From a virus (Duplodnaviria; Heunggongvirae; Uroviricota; Caudoviricetes): 61,506 nucleotides of DNA. The notes under the pieces were generated by a model. The model was not told the origin of the DNA, did not search any database, and saw only the letters and a list, made by a program, of their open reading frames with translations. The DNA lies in IMG/VR virus record IMGVR_UViG_3300029740_000238; one strand, written 5' to 3'. The position numbers were made by a program, and so were the translations under genes. Position 1 is the stretch's first letter; each line of letters opens with the position of its first letter. Positions 1-8,736 of the stretch are shown in pieces.

Positions 1-424
1 CCTCACAGACCCGAAACAGAAGGCGGCTTACGATATTCTGAAAAACGCAGGATATGGAAAGCGGACACCGACTATCGTAGATGCGCTTTTGAACTCTCTT
101 CAAAGTGTTCCTGAGAGCGTCAGCCTCGAACAACGCCCTTCCTCAACGGAACTCCGAAATGTGATAGAAGAAGCTGTTGAAACTGCATTGCGCAAGTATC
201 AGCTTTCTGGTTCTGCAGTTCAGACTCCCGAACCGCAAGTTTCGGTCCAAGACGTTGTGGCAAGGAAACCTTCTAAGGCACATAAATCCGTGCCTTCTCC
301 ATTGCCAAGACAGCCAAAGCCTCTTGAACGTCCCATGGGCAAGCAGATGCCAGAACCGGATAGACCGGTGGCTTCCGATGGAAATATGGATGTGCTGCTA
401 TCTATGGCGGACGCATTTTATTAA
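1..424 (+). CDS. 5'-truncated protein, possibly a ParR/StbB-like plasmid segregation adaptor
   Basis: The frame of ORF 89..424 is open back to position 2 (LTDPKQKAAYDILKNAGYGKRTPTIVDALL). A short helical N-terminus, Pro-rich linker and acidic/hydrophobic C-terminal tip resemble ParR-type proteins. Confidence 0.4.
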   Translation, partial: LTDPKQKAAYDILKNAGYGKRTPTIVDALLNSLQSVPESVSLEQRPSSTELRNVIEEAVETALRKYQLSGSAVQTPEPQVSVQDVVARKPSKAHKSVPSPLPRQPKPLERPMGKQMPEPDRPVASDGNMDVLLSMADAFY

Positions 425-480
425 AAAACAAGAACCCCGTACACCAGACTTGAACTGGATTGTACAGGGCTCTTTTTGTT
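424..480. terminator. Probable bidirectional intrinsic terminator between convergent genes
   Basis: A-run, imperfect stem aagaacccCgtaca...tgtacagggctctt, then T-run. Confidence 0.65.
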
Positions 481-487
481 TGTCGAA

Positions 488-1018
488 TTACTTGTTTTGC
501 TCTTCTTTGGCTTTTTCCTCGTTCTGAAGATTTTGCGCAAAAGCGGTGAGAACTTGCGAGCAGCGGCGTCTTACCATAGCAGAGGAAGGGCCTTCTTGAT
601 TAAGATTGGCGATATCTGCGGCAGCGTTATAAATGATATGTGGGCCGAGAGCTTCGATGGATGCACCAATTTGCATGTAATCGGCGAATCTCTCTGCTCT
701 GTTTTTTTCACTCTGAATGTTGATGAGTTCTGAAATGTCGTAGTGGAAAACATAGCAGAACGCCAACACCAACTCGAGCGGCATCTGCTTTGTGCCTTCC
801 CGAATGTGCTGGATGGTTTTATAAGAGCATGTAGAGCCTAGAAGCGTGTTGTAGAATGTCGTAACATTTAGCCCTGACGCTATTCTCTGAGCTTCCATTA
901 CAGACAATATCTGTTTCTGAGTTTCTTTGTTCCACGAATCAAGCGGCATCCGAATTTGATTTGCGTATTGAACAACGTTATCCATGGAAATGTCTATATC
1001 TTGATTTGTCAAACTCAT
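488..1018 (-). CDS. Putative XRE-like HTH transcriptional regulator
   Basis: Segment SYKTIQHIREGTKQMPLELVLAFCYVFHYDISELI resembles Cro/C1 helices; RBS (aggagg) upstream; divergent from the 1464 operon. Confidence 0.55.
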   Translation of the reverse strand: MSLTNQDIDISMDNVVQYANQIRMPLDSWNKETQKQILSVMEAQRIASGLNVTTFYNTLLGSTCSYKTIQHIREGTKQMPLELVLAFCYVFHYDISELINIQSEKNRAERFADYMQIGASIEALGPHIIYNAAADIANLNQEGPSSAMVRRRCSQVLTAFAQNLQNEEKAKEEQNK

Positions 1019-1198
1019 GCACCTCCTGACAGTATTTCATGGGAGCATACCCCTATATACAGTATATCACAAAGTTGTATGAAACGCAATTTAATTCAAT
1101 AGTATCAACAGTTTTGCGACCGCTGTCCATCATATTGCAACGTTCAGAATTTTGCTAGACAACAAGTTGTACATATAATGTGCTCAAAATTTGGATGC

Positions 1199-1287
1199 AC
1201 ACTATATATTGTGGTCAGATGTGCATTTTTCTATTGCAAACCACTATATATTGTGGTATGATGCAAATATGATACAAGATATAGTGT
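1199..1287. promoter_or_regulatory. Three NrdR-box-like palindromes (1199-1214, 1241-1256, 1272-1287)
   Basis: acactatatattgtgg, ccactatatattgtgg and atacaagatatagtgt match the NrdR consensus acaCwAtATaTwGtg; start-to-start spacing 42 and 31 bp. Confidence 0.65.
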
Positions 1288-1308
1288 CCGGGACATTAAA
1301 AAGTATTC

Positions 1309-1336
1309 TTGCGCGTCTGTGCGAATTGGCTATCAT
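1309..1336 (+). promoter_or_regulatory. TGCG-class promoter copy 1
   Basis: ttgcgc-gtctgTGCGaattggc-tatcat. Confidence 0.6.
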
Positions 1337-1463
1337 TTGAGGTAGTATCCTGTTAAAGATAGCGAGGAACAATGCTTTGAGCTAAGCCTGAACATCGAAG
1401 ACAAATCATGGCGACAACGAAACCTGAAATAATAACAATCATTTGAGTCGAGGAAGTGCGTTT

Positions 1464-1961
1464 ATGATATCAAGTAAAAGACCTATCGTTGTATACATTG
1501 AACAGGCAAGAATCCCGGACGAGACAACAAGCATCACGAGAAGCGAAGTGCCCATCACCGGCGATATCGTGGTCCACCATCGTATTCAGAACGGAGCCAA
1601 TAACAAAGCTATGGGTGATGGCTTTTTGAAAGAATTGTATGACGTCCTTAATGGAGCGGTCGGCGAGAACCTGAGATTTGAAGATGGGGCTTCTGTTTTT
1701 GTCTATACTTCCTGTGCAAGAAGCATTGAGAATTATGAGAATTTTGAACGAAATATTCGGTTTGGGTCCGATTTACCAGTACATAGTTTCCGAGCGTGCC
1801 AGAAAATCTTCAATCTTTGCAAAGAAAATCATTATGATTTGCACATGTCTGAAAATACAATGCTTGGTGAAACCATCAAAAGCGACGCGAGAGCTGAGCT
1901 TTTGAATGTTTTGAGGAAAACAGGGGAGAGGGGGAAAATGAATGATGGCACTGGAAAATAA
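1464..1961 (+). CDS. Hypothetical protein, possibly a degenerate RNase H-like fold
   Basis: IVVYIE...GANNKA...VFVYTSC echoes the RNase HI motif order, but the catalytic acidic residues are not clearly present. Confidence 0.4.
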   Translation: MISSKRPIVVYIEQARIPDETTSITRSEVPITGDIVVHHRIQNGANNKAMGDGFLKELYDVLNGAVGENLRFEDGASVFVYTSCARSIENYENFERNIRFGSDLPVHSFRACQKIFNLCKENHYDLHMSENTMLGETIKSDARAELLNVLRKTGERGKMNDGTGK

Positions 1962-3039
1962 TCTGGTTGTGGATTCGGATGCTGAACTGAAAGCTTTCTT
2001 GAGTTCCATCCTGTCCTCGGAGGGAATTGTTGTGAACATCAATCGAACTTTTATTGCCTACAACAACGGCACGAACCGCAATAGGGTGTTTGCCCGATGC
2101 GCGAACCGGATGGCGCAAAAAGGAACCGACGAAAAATTCGTTGTCATTGCCTTGATGTGCTATCCGGCATTGAACTGGATTCTCAAAGCACGAGATATCG
2201 ATGCTATGATTGAACAGCTCCATGATATGGATACGGACGGTTCAGTCCGTAACATCTCGGAGATTCAGTCACTGTTGGAAAACAGCACAGGTTACGTAAA
2301 GCCTCGTTTACATCTGGAAATGCGTAAACTTTTCTTTGCGAGATGCCAACAGCTGGTGGATGCAGTTGATGATGCAATGAATCGGGCGGTATTCCGGAGT
2401 GCTCAGCCTTGCAAGCCAGCCCGCATTTCACTGGCAATGGCAATGCTTCGTGGCTCTATTTTGGACAGCGACCCGGTATCTGCCGTTATGATTCGGAATA
2501 ACTTTGATGGAATCATCGAAGATATTGCGAAAGTCGGTGGCGAAGCCATCAAGGAACTGGTTCTCCAGTTGGCTCCCAATGAGGGAGTTGTCCAGGGCGC
2601 TGAAGCTGCTTATCTCTATCACAACACAGAGGTACTGCTTCGTGAATATTCCCGTATCACGCATCCGTCAAGCGTTGACGGAAACAGTACCCTGCGCTTG
2701 ATTGCAACTGCTGGCAATCAGTTGGATGCATCTGACCATAAATCGGATGCACGCTATGCTCAGGCACAGATTCTTTTGCAGTATGCAAAGTTGATTGGCG
2801 GCGCAATCGAACTGCTGAAACAGTTCCCGGACGGTGACTCGAAACTCTACGATGTGCTGATGCTCGTCGTCAATGAGAAGTATGGCCCGAACGGAACCGA
2901 TGAAGCAACTCTCGCCAAACAAGTAGGAATCAACAGTTCTTACTTTTGCGAAAAGAAACATCGCGCATATACCGCACTCTCTGCTCTTTTGTGGGGATGC
3001 GATATTGAGTCTTTGCTATCTTTGCTTAGCAAGGATTAG
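1942..3039 (+). CDS. Protein with C-terminal sigma-region-4/ArpU-like HTH; putative transcription factor
   Basis: C-terminus LYDVL...DEATLAKQVGINSSYFCEKKHRAYTALSALLWG. Confidence 0.5.
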   Translation: MMALENNLVVDSDAELKAFLSSILSSEGIVVNINRTFIAYNNGTNRNRVFARCANRMAQKGTDEKFVVIALMCYPALNWILKARDIDAMIEQLHDMDTDGSVRNISEIQSLLENSTGYVKPRLHLEMRKLFFARCQQLVDAVDDAMNRAVFRSAQPCKPARISLAMAMLRGSILDSDPVSAVMIRNNFDGIIEDIAKVGGEAIKELVLQLAPNEGVVQGAEAAYLYHNTEVLLREYSRITHPSSVDGNSTLRLIATAGNQLDASDHKSDARYAQAQILLQYAKLIGGAIELLKQFPDGDSKLYDVLMLVVNEKYGPNGTDEATLAKQVGINSSYFCEKKHRAYTALSALLWGCDIESLLSLLSKD

Positions 3040-3052
3040 TTTTCTGTTACCC

Positions 3053-3196
3053 AAAATCGAGACTGGAGTTTCGACTAATCGGATTTCAGCTTGGTTTGGT
3101 AGATAACCCATAAGTATGTATTAACCTCGTGTCCCATCATCAGGGATATGGGGTCGATAAAACACACGTAAAATCGAGACTGTAATTTCGACTAAT
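3053..3196 (+). repeat. 27-bp direct repeat pair (3053-3079, 3170-3196) flanking a hairpin
   Basis: aaaatcgagactggagtttcgactaat vs aaaatcgagactgtaatttcgactaat (25/27 identical); internal hairpin at 3124-3154. Confidence 0.85.
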
Positions 3197-3214
3197 GGCA
3201 GGAGGTTAGCGAAA

Positions 3215-3664
3215 ATGGCAAGCAACAATGGTTATCTTACACACTGCCGCATCTGCGGTACACCGATTTTCAGCCTGGGGAACCGTCAATTTTGCTCTGC
3301 GTGCTACGCTCAGAACCGGCGCAATGCAGCATATCGCAGCAATGCGGAAGCCAAAATGAGAAGAGAACAGGCAAAGCGCGAGGAGGAAAAAATGAAAGCA
3401 TCTAATAAAACTGTTACGAGCGCACAGGAATTGGCTATGAGAGCAAAGCTCTCTGAAATGGGTGGTATCTCTTACGGGGAACTGTCCTTGTGGGAAATGT
3501 CTCACGGCCTGGAATTCTCTGCATGGGAACACGAATGGGAAAAGCTCAACGGTGGCACGAATTCTGACGGCACCAAGTTCCCGGACCATCTGCCGGAAGG
3601 GTTCCCGAAGCGCCGTGTTCCGCCGGAGCATCCTTGGGTCCATTCGGCTGCCTGCCATGGCTAA
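3215..3664 (+). CDS. Hypothetical protein with N-terminal zinc ribbon
   Basis: CxxC...CxxC (CRICG, CSAC), coiled coil, good RBS ggagg. Confidence 0.65.
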   Translation: MASNNGYLTHCRICGTPIFSLGNRQFCSACYAQNRRNAAYRSNAEAKMRREQAKREEEKMKASNKTVTSAQELAMRAKLSEMGGISYGELSLWEMSHGLEFSAWEHEWEKLNGGTNSDGTKFPDHLPEGFPKRRVPPEHPWVHSAACHG

Positions 3665-4139
3665 TCACCGGAAAAAGTATAAACGGTCTGAGGATTACCG
3701 AAACCGGTATATCTTGAATCATCCCGGAACTTTTGGAAAGTTCTACATGTGCCCGTATTGTGGACGCATTATGACGCGCAATTCGATGCAGGTTGACCAT
3801 ATCATTTCCATCAATCTGGCTAACGAGCATCGGGCGTACCGAATCCTTGTTCCGAACGATGACATCAACAATATCCGAAATCTAACGGCTTCTTGCCCTG
3901 AATGCAATAACAGGAAATCTGATTCGGGCGGTGGCTGGATATTCCTTGGCCGATTCGGCAAGTACATCTTTATTTTGATTTGGGCAATTCTTCTTTTGTC
4001 TTGCTTAGCTTTTGTCCTATGCTGCATGTCTGGGACTCTTAAACGTGGCTTTTTGATTCCATATGTTGCAGATATTGCAAATGTTTTGCTGCACTGGATT
4101 TCCGACACGATTGCTCAAATGTTTCGATTTAATACATAA
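3657..4139 (+). CDS. HNH endonuclease with C-terminal transmembrane helix
   Basis: CPYCG...QVDHII...NLTASCPECNNRKSD followed by hydrophobic IFILIWAILLLSCLAFVLCC; ATG overlaps the upstream gene end. Confidence 0.8.
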   Translation: MANHRKKYKRSEDYRNRYILNHPGTFGKFYMCPYCGRIMTRNSMQVDHIISINLANEHRAYRILVPNDDINNIRNLTASCPECNNRKSDSGGGWIFLGRFGKYIFILIWAILLLSCLAFVLCCMSGTLKRGFLIPYVADIANVLLHWISDTIAQMFRFNT

Positions 4140-4172
4140 CACCACACAAAAACCGAAAGGAGATATTTGTTC

Positions 4173-5222
4173 ATGGAACCGAATTCGACTCTGGGCGAGC
4201 CTATTGGCGTTGTCCACGTTACTATCAACGGCCAGAAAGTTCCGGCCAATGTCTATGCCGACCGCACCTGCATCATGCCGGATGGCACGATTCGAAAGGT
4301 CAAACAGGAGGTAGTCGATGCACTGCTTGCAAAGAAACGTGCGGCAGAGATTCCGGCTCAGACTCCTGCACAACAGGCCCCCGCTGCTCAGCCTTTTATT
4401 ACCCGCGTTCAGTCTCAGCCTGTTGTTCAGCCCGTGCAGCCTGCCGTACCTCAGCCCGCTGTTCAGACTCCGCAGACCACGATGCAGTATGGCGCTTCTG
4501 CTCATGGCGTCTCTCCTGCACAAGCACCTGGATATCAAGTGCCTGTAACGGGTTCTGTTGAACAGCCTTCCCAAGCGACTGCATCCGTTCCCTATATTCC
4601 TGACCCCAATGAACTTCCGGACCAGATGACGGCCACTCGCCAGACAATGGTGGCTCAGGAATTGATGCAGCAGGAAGCAAACGAAGCGGCCAAGAAGCGT
4701 TTCGGGCTTGGCAAGGGCAAAAAGGAAAAGCCTGCAAGCGGCGTTCACCACGCCGCACCGGCACCGACTCAAGCCACCGCAGAGCCTGCTCGGCCTTCGC
4801 AAAAGAAAAAGAGCAGCAAGGTCATTGCAGCAATTCTGGCAGTTGTCATCGTTGGCGGTGTGGCTGGCTATGCTTTCGTACCGTCCGTCTATGATGGTGT
4901 AAACGGAGTTCTCACTGCTGTAACCGGACATCAGGTTGGCGTACCTCCTGTATCTGAGAACGGCGATAATGATGTCATCACGCCTCAGCCGACCGTCAAT
5001 CAGCCCGCATCCGGCAATACCGACACCACTTCCAATGAAGTAAACAAGGTTCTCGGCGATATCGACATGAGCGGTGATGTCACCATTGAATTTTACGCCA
5101 ACGTTAAGACTGCAGATGGCAGAGAATATAAAGTTCCTCTGTCTACCGCAAACCTCACCGATGGCACTCTGACTGCACTTCTGGATTCCGGCGGCTATCC
5201 GCTGACTCAGAATGCTCAGTGA
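4173..5222 (+). CDS. Single-pass membrane protein with Pro/Gln-rich region
   Basis: KKK followed by TM VIAAILAVVIVGGVAGYAFV; RBS aaggag. Confidence 0.7.
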   Translation: MEPNSTLGEPIGVVHVTINGQKVPANVYADRTCIMPDGTIRKVKQEVVDALLAKKRAAEIPAQTPAQQAPAAQPFITRVQSQPVVQPVQPAVPQPAVQTPQTTMQYGASAHGVSPAQAPGYQVPVTGSVEQPSQATASVPYIPDPNELPDQMTATRQTMVAQELMQQEANEAAKKRFGLGKGKKEKPASGVHHAAPAPTQATAEPARPSQKKKSSKVIAAILAVVIVGGVAGYAFVPSVYDGVNGVLTAVTGHQVGVPPVSENGDNDVITPQPTVNQPASGNTDTTSNEVNKVLGDIDMSGDVTIEFYANVKTADGREYKVPLSTANLTDGTLTALLDSGGYPLTQNAQ

Positions 5223-5311
5223 ATCGGTATCAGCTTACACAAATCAACTTCAAAAAGGAGGATAAGCGGGGCTGATGCCGCTTCTTGCCAACAAGTAAAG
5301 AATGCAGCATT

Positions 5312-5348
5312 AAAAAGCCCAGCCGATTTCGCGTCGGTTGGGCTTTCT
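5312..5348 (+). terminator. Hairpin, possible terminator
   Basis: aaagcccagccga-tttcgcg-tcggttgggcttt. Confidence 0.5.
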
Positions 5349-5362
5349 CGCTTGAATGAAAC

Positions 5363-5968
5363 ATGAACAATATGATTAACTCGCAGAAAATCAAATACGC
5401 TCTCTGTGCTGCTGGCAGTGCAGCTCTTGGCCTTATCTTTGCACTGTATACACGAAGAATTGTGCTCATTGCTGCTGGATTTTTCGTGGCCGGGTATTTT
5501 GTCGTGGAATATCTGGGAGTTGTACAGAGGGCGAAAGACGGGAAATATGTCACGGTAAAGGCTTTGGCCGTCTCGGCTGACCAGCAGCGTGACATGACCG
5601 GCATTAAAGAGACTTGGCGGTTTGTCCCGGTAGATGAAGAGGGAAATCCGCTTCGTGACACAGCTTCCCACGACATCTTCCTCACCGTAAAGCAAAAGGA
5701 CCGTGACTACCATATTGGTGGAACCTACAACATGCTGTTTTGCCTTGAAGACGAAAAGGGAATGAACAACGAAACGCTCGTCAGTATCGAGCAGTGCTTT
5801 CCGGCTTCCTCGACCGCAAAAAAGGCACAGGAACCGGTTCAAGAGCAGACCGCAACGCAAGAAGTTGGCGCAAGCGTGAAGAAAGTGAACTTCCAGAACG
5901 TAACCAACAAACCCAAGCTGATTGTGCTGGATAATCGAAACCGTAAGCAGGACGGTGATACTGAATGA
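5363..5968 (+). CDS. Membrane protein, two N-terminal TM helices
   Basis: Hydrophobic N-terminus; stop overlaps the next ATG. Confidence 0.65.
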   Translation: MNNMINSQKIKYALCAAGSAALGLIFALYTRRIVLIAAGFFVAGYFVVEYLGVVQRAKDGKYVTVKALAVSADQQRDMTGIKETWRFVPVDEEGNPLRDTASHDIFLTVKQKDRDYHIGGTYNMLFCLEDEKGMNNETLVSIEQCFPASSTAKKAQEPVQEQTATQEVGASVKKVNFQNVTNKPKLIVLDNRNRKQDGDTE

Positions 5969-7791
5969 ACTTTCCGATGATTGTTCTTTTGTGCTTCGTG
6001 TGCTGTCTGTTCTCGTGCAGAGTAACGAAAGATAGAAGAACTCTGACGGGAATCGTGGTCATGGGTAGAACCTATAAGCGACGCAGTAAATCGCTGGAAG
6101 CGACGGCACTCGAAATCATTGTGACGGATACAGGAAACACTGCCCTTAAATTGGAAGTTCCGGGGTGCAAGGATTATGTTGCTTTGCGCCTGAACCGCCA
6201 CGAAGTAAAAAAATTCAAGGAAGCCTTGATAGCGTGCGGGAACGAGCCGATGGTCGTGACTCTGTTTCAATATAAAGTCAACGGCAAGCACTGTTATATT
6301 CTTTATCATGAGCCCGGCAAGGAAGACTCGTACCCGAAATTTGACGGCGCAAAAGAAGATGAGCTGAAAACAAAATGCCGCACCGCTCGCAACATTGCCT
6401 TTGTGCTCTATGGCTTCTCTCTTATTCTGTATCCATTAGCGTGGTGGGTATCGGTAATCCTGATAGTAGCTGCTTCCGTCCTGATATACCTGAACATTCC
6501 CTTGCTGGATGATGAACTTTGGTTTGATTCCTGCGAATTCATTAAGCGTCCGAAACAGGTAAAAGGGAAGAACTCGGATTCTGATATAGTTGCTTCTCAG
6601 GCATCAATTATCCTTGAAGAGATTTCTGAAAAATATCAGGACAAAGGGAAATCGGACAAAGACTATGAACAGCATCAGGAAACATCTGCTAAACCGACTG
6701 AAAAAGAACCGACCAAGGATTCTAAGAAACCCGAAACATCCGCCCCGATTAACAACAACGAACCTGTAAACGTCAAGGTGAACATTCACACCGAAATCAA
6801 TCCGGAACCCTCCGAAATCCTTGACGTTCTGGAAGATGAATCTGAACCTATCGTTCCTCCCGCCCCTAAATCTGCATCGACTCCCCAAAATGCAGATGCC
6901 GCTGAGCCTTTTGATTCTGCGGACATCTTTGAGCCAGAGCTGGAGCCTGAACCGAAGCCCGAAAAAGAGTCGGTCTTTGATTTGCCTGTGGATGATGACG
7001 ATACGCAGGACCCCTTCGCCGAAAATTCTGATTCCCACGCTGGTCTTTCATTTGACCCCAGCGGCATTGACATGGATGATGAAAAGGACCCGTTTGCGGA
7101 CGATGATGCTAACGTATTCAATCCTCCCGATGATGTGGATGAGCATGAAGAGGAACCGGATATGGATATGATGGACTTCGATATCCCTGCTTCTTCTGAA
7201 CCCGATACCGTTGACAGCCCCGCGATAGAGCAAAAGCCGCCTATGCCGGATAAAGTTCCTGAAATGCCCGCAAAGAAGACGAACGCGTTCGGCACTCTCA
7301 AAGCAGCAGCGACCGAGCCTAAAATTGAACCTCACGAATCCGCAAAACCCGTTGAGAGCCATCCGACTCAGCCCCGGCCCCAAAAGCCTGATGTTCCTCA
7401 GACACCAAAAGCTGAACCAAAAGCTGAACCGGTAGCACCAGCTCAGCGCCCAAAAGCAGACAGGGAAGCGGCTCTCGCAGGCTTTAACATTACTCGCAAG
7501 GTCGAACCTTCAAAAGAAGTGAAGAAGCCTAAGAAACCCATCACGGATAAGCGGACGAGCACTTCAAAATCAAGTCCCAAGGAGGATTCGGCAAAGGCAC
7601 CTAAACAGAAGCAGCCATCCAAAGAGACTCCTGCAAAATCGCAAAAGAAACCGGCAAATGAAAAGCAGCAGAATTCTGACGAACCCAAAAAGGCCCAGCC
7701 GTTTGACCAGAGCTTCCGAAAGCGTGGCAGAGGCTCTTCCAAAAAGGCCCAGCAGAGCAATGGTCAAATCAGCTTTGAAGAACTTCATTGA
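5965..7791 (+). CDS. Membrane protein with long acidic/Pro/Lys-rich disordered C-terminal tail
   Basis: 608-aa ORF; TM segments near the N-terminus and around aa 145-180; low-complexity tail. Confidence 0.7.
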   Translation: MNFPMIVLLCFVCCLFSCRVTKDRRTLTGIVVMGRTYKRRSKSLEATALEIIVTDTGNTALKLEVPGCKDYVALRLNRHEVKKFKEALIACGNEPMVVTLFQYKVNGKHCYILYHEPGKEDSYPKFDGAKEDELKTKCRTARNIAFVLYGFSLILYPLAWWVSVILIVAASVLIYLNIPLLDDELWFDSCEFIKRPKQVKGKNSDSDIVASQASIILEEISEKYQDKGKSDKDYEQHQETSAKPTEKEPTKDSKKPETSAPINNNEPVNVKVNIHTEINPEPSEILDVLEDESEPIVPPAPKSASTPQNADAAEPFDSADIFEPELEPEPKPEKESVFDLPVDDDDTQDPFAENSDSHAGLSFDPSGIDMDDEKDPFADDDANVFNPPDDVDEHEEEPDMDMMDFDIPASSEPDTVDSPAIEQKPPMPDKVPEMPAKKTNAFGTLKAAATEPKIEPHESAKPVESHPTQPRPQKPDVPQTPKAEPKAEPVAPAQRPKADREAALAGFNITRKVEPSKEVKKPKKPITDKRTSTSKSSPKEDSAKAPKQKQPSKETPAKSQKKPANEKQQNSDEPKKAQPFDQSFRKRGRGSSKKAQQSNGQISFEELH

Positions 7792-7820
7792 GTACAAAAT
7801 TCGCCCAAACGCTCCGAAAC

Positions 7821-7848
7821 TTGCGGAAATGTGCGAATCGCGAATAAT
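7821..7848 (+). promoter_or_regulatory. TGCG-class promoter copy 2
   Basis: ttgcgg-aaatgTGCGaatcgcg-aataat. Confidence 0.6.
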
Positions 7849-7929
7849 GGAAAATGTTGAGCCGGTCTCCCATTTTCCAGCTCAATCGTATTATCCGTAA
7901 AATGGTCGCAAGTCAGAGGCAAGCAAAAA

Positions 7930-8724
7930 ATGAAGACTCTCAAACAAATTGTTGCGCTGCTGCTTAGTATTGCTGCTTTGCTCGCATCTATCTTTTCTCT
8001 GATGGATGTCAAACGAAATGTTGAGCGAAATAAGCAGGCAGCAGATTTCGCAACACAGGCGATTCTTTCGGCTCAGTCATCTACGCTGTTGGAGCCGACA
8101 CTTGATGTGGATGCCAGCCGCCTTGAACTTCTTTCTACTGAGGTTCGGAACACGGAATTAACTCCCGTCAATCAGACTCTTGATGTTCAGGCTTCTATTC
8201 AGAAAATCGATAACAAGCTGAAGAACATCCAGGAAGAAAAGGATTCCGAAAAAGAAAAAGAAGAAGAAACAAAGGCCGAGCAGCAGGCAGAAGCGGCACC
8301 GGCAGGTCCGAACTATAACGACGATAACGATTACCCGAACTTCTGCGGCCGATTGCATATCCCTGCGGCCGGGGTAGACGTTGCGCTTTATAACAACACG
8401 GACCAGGAAACCTGCAACCGTGAAGACAGCGCATGCGTTTTCCCGAAAGCACCGCAAGATGGCGGCAGCAATATCGTCGCGGATAACGAAATGCCTGGTT
8501 TGACATCCGTGACAATCGGTTCGACCGCATATGTCATCACTCCGTCTGGCGAACAAATCAATTATATCTGTGTGGATGCCTGTGACGGCCACAACGATGT
8601 GACTGGTTTTGATGCTTTGCAGAAAAATGACGGAACGGTTGTTTGGGGTTCTGCGGACCTTATCGTATATACCTGCCTGAGCGATGCCTACAATGTTCGC
8701 ATTGTCTGCTTCAACCGGGCTTGA
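7930..8724 (+). CDS. Sortase-like membrane-anchored protein
   Basis: N-terminal anchor; GRLHIPAAGVDVAL, LIVYTC and downstream R (VRIV). The expected catalytic His is not evident. Confidence 0.55.
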   Translation: MKTLKQIVALLLSIAALLASIFSLMDVKRNVERNKQAADFATQAILSAQSSTLLEPTLDVDASRLELLSTEVRNTELTPVNQTLDVQASIQKIDNKLKNIQEEKDSEKEKEEETKAEQQAEAAPAGPNYNDDNDYPNFCGRLHIPAAGVDVALYNNTDQETCNREDSACVFPKAPQDGGSNIVADNEMPGLTSVTIGSTAYVITPSGEQINYICVDACDGHNDVTGFDALQKNDGTVVWGSADLIVYTCLSDAYNVRIVCFNRA

Positions 8725-8736
8725 GGAGGAAATGCA

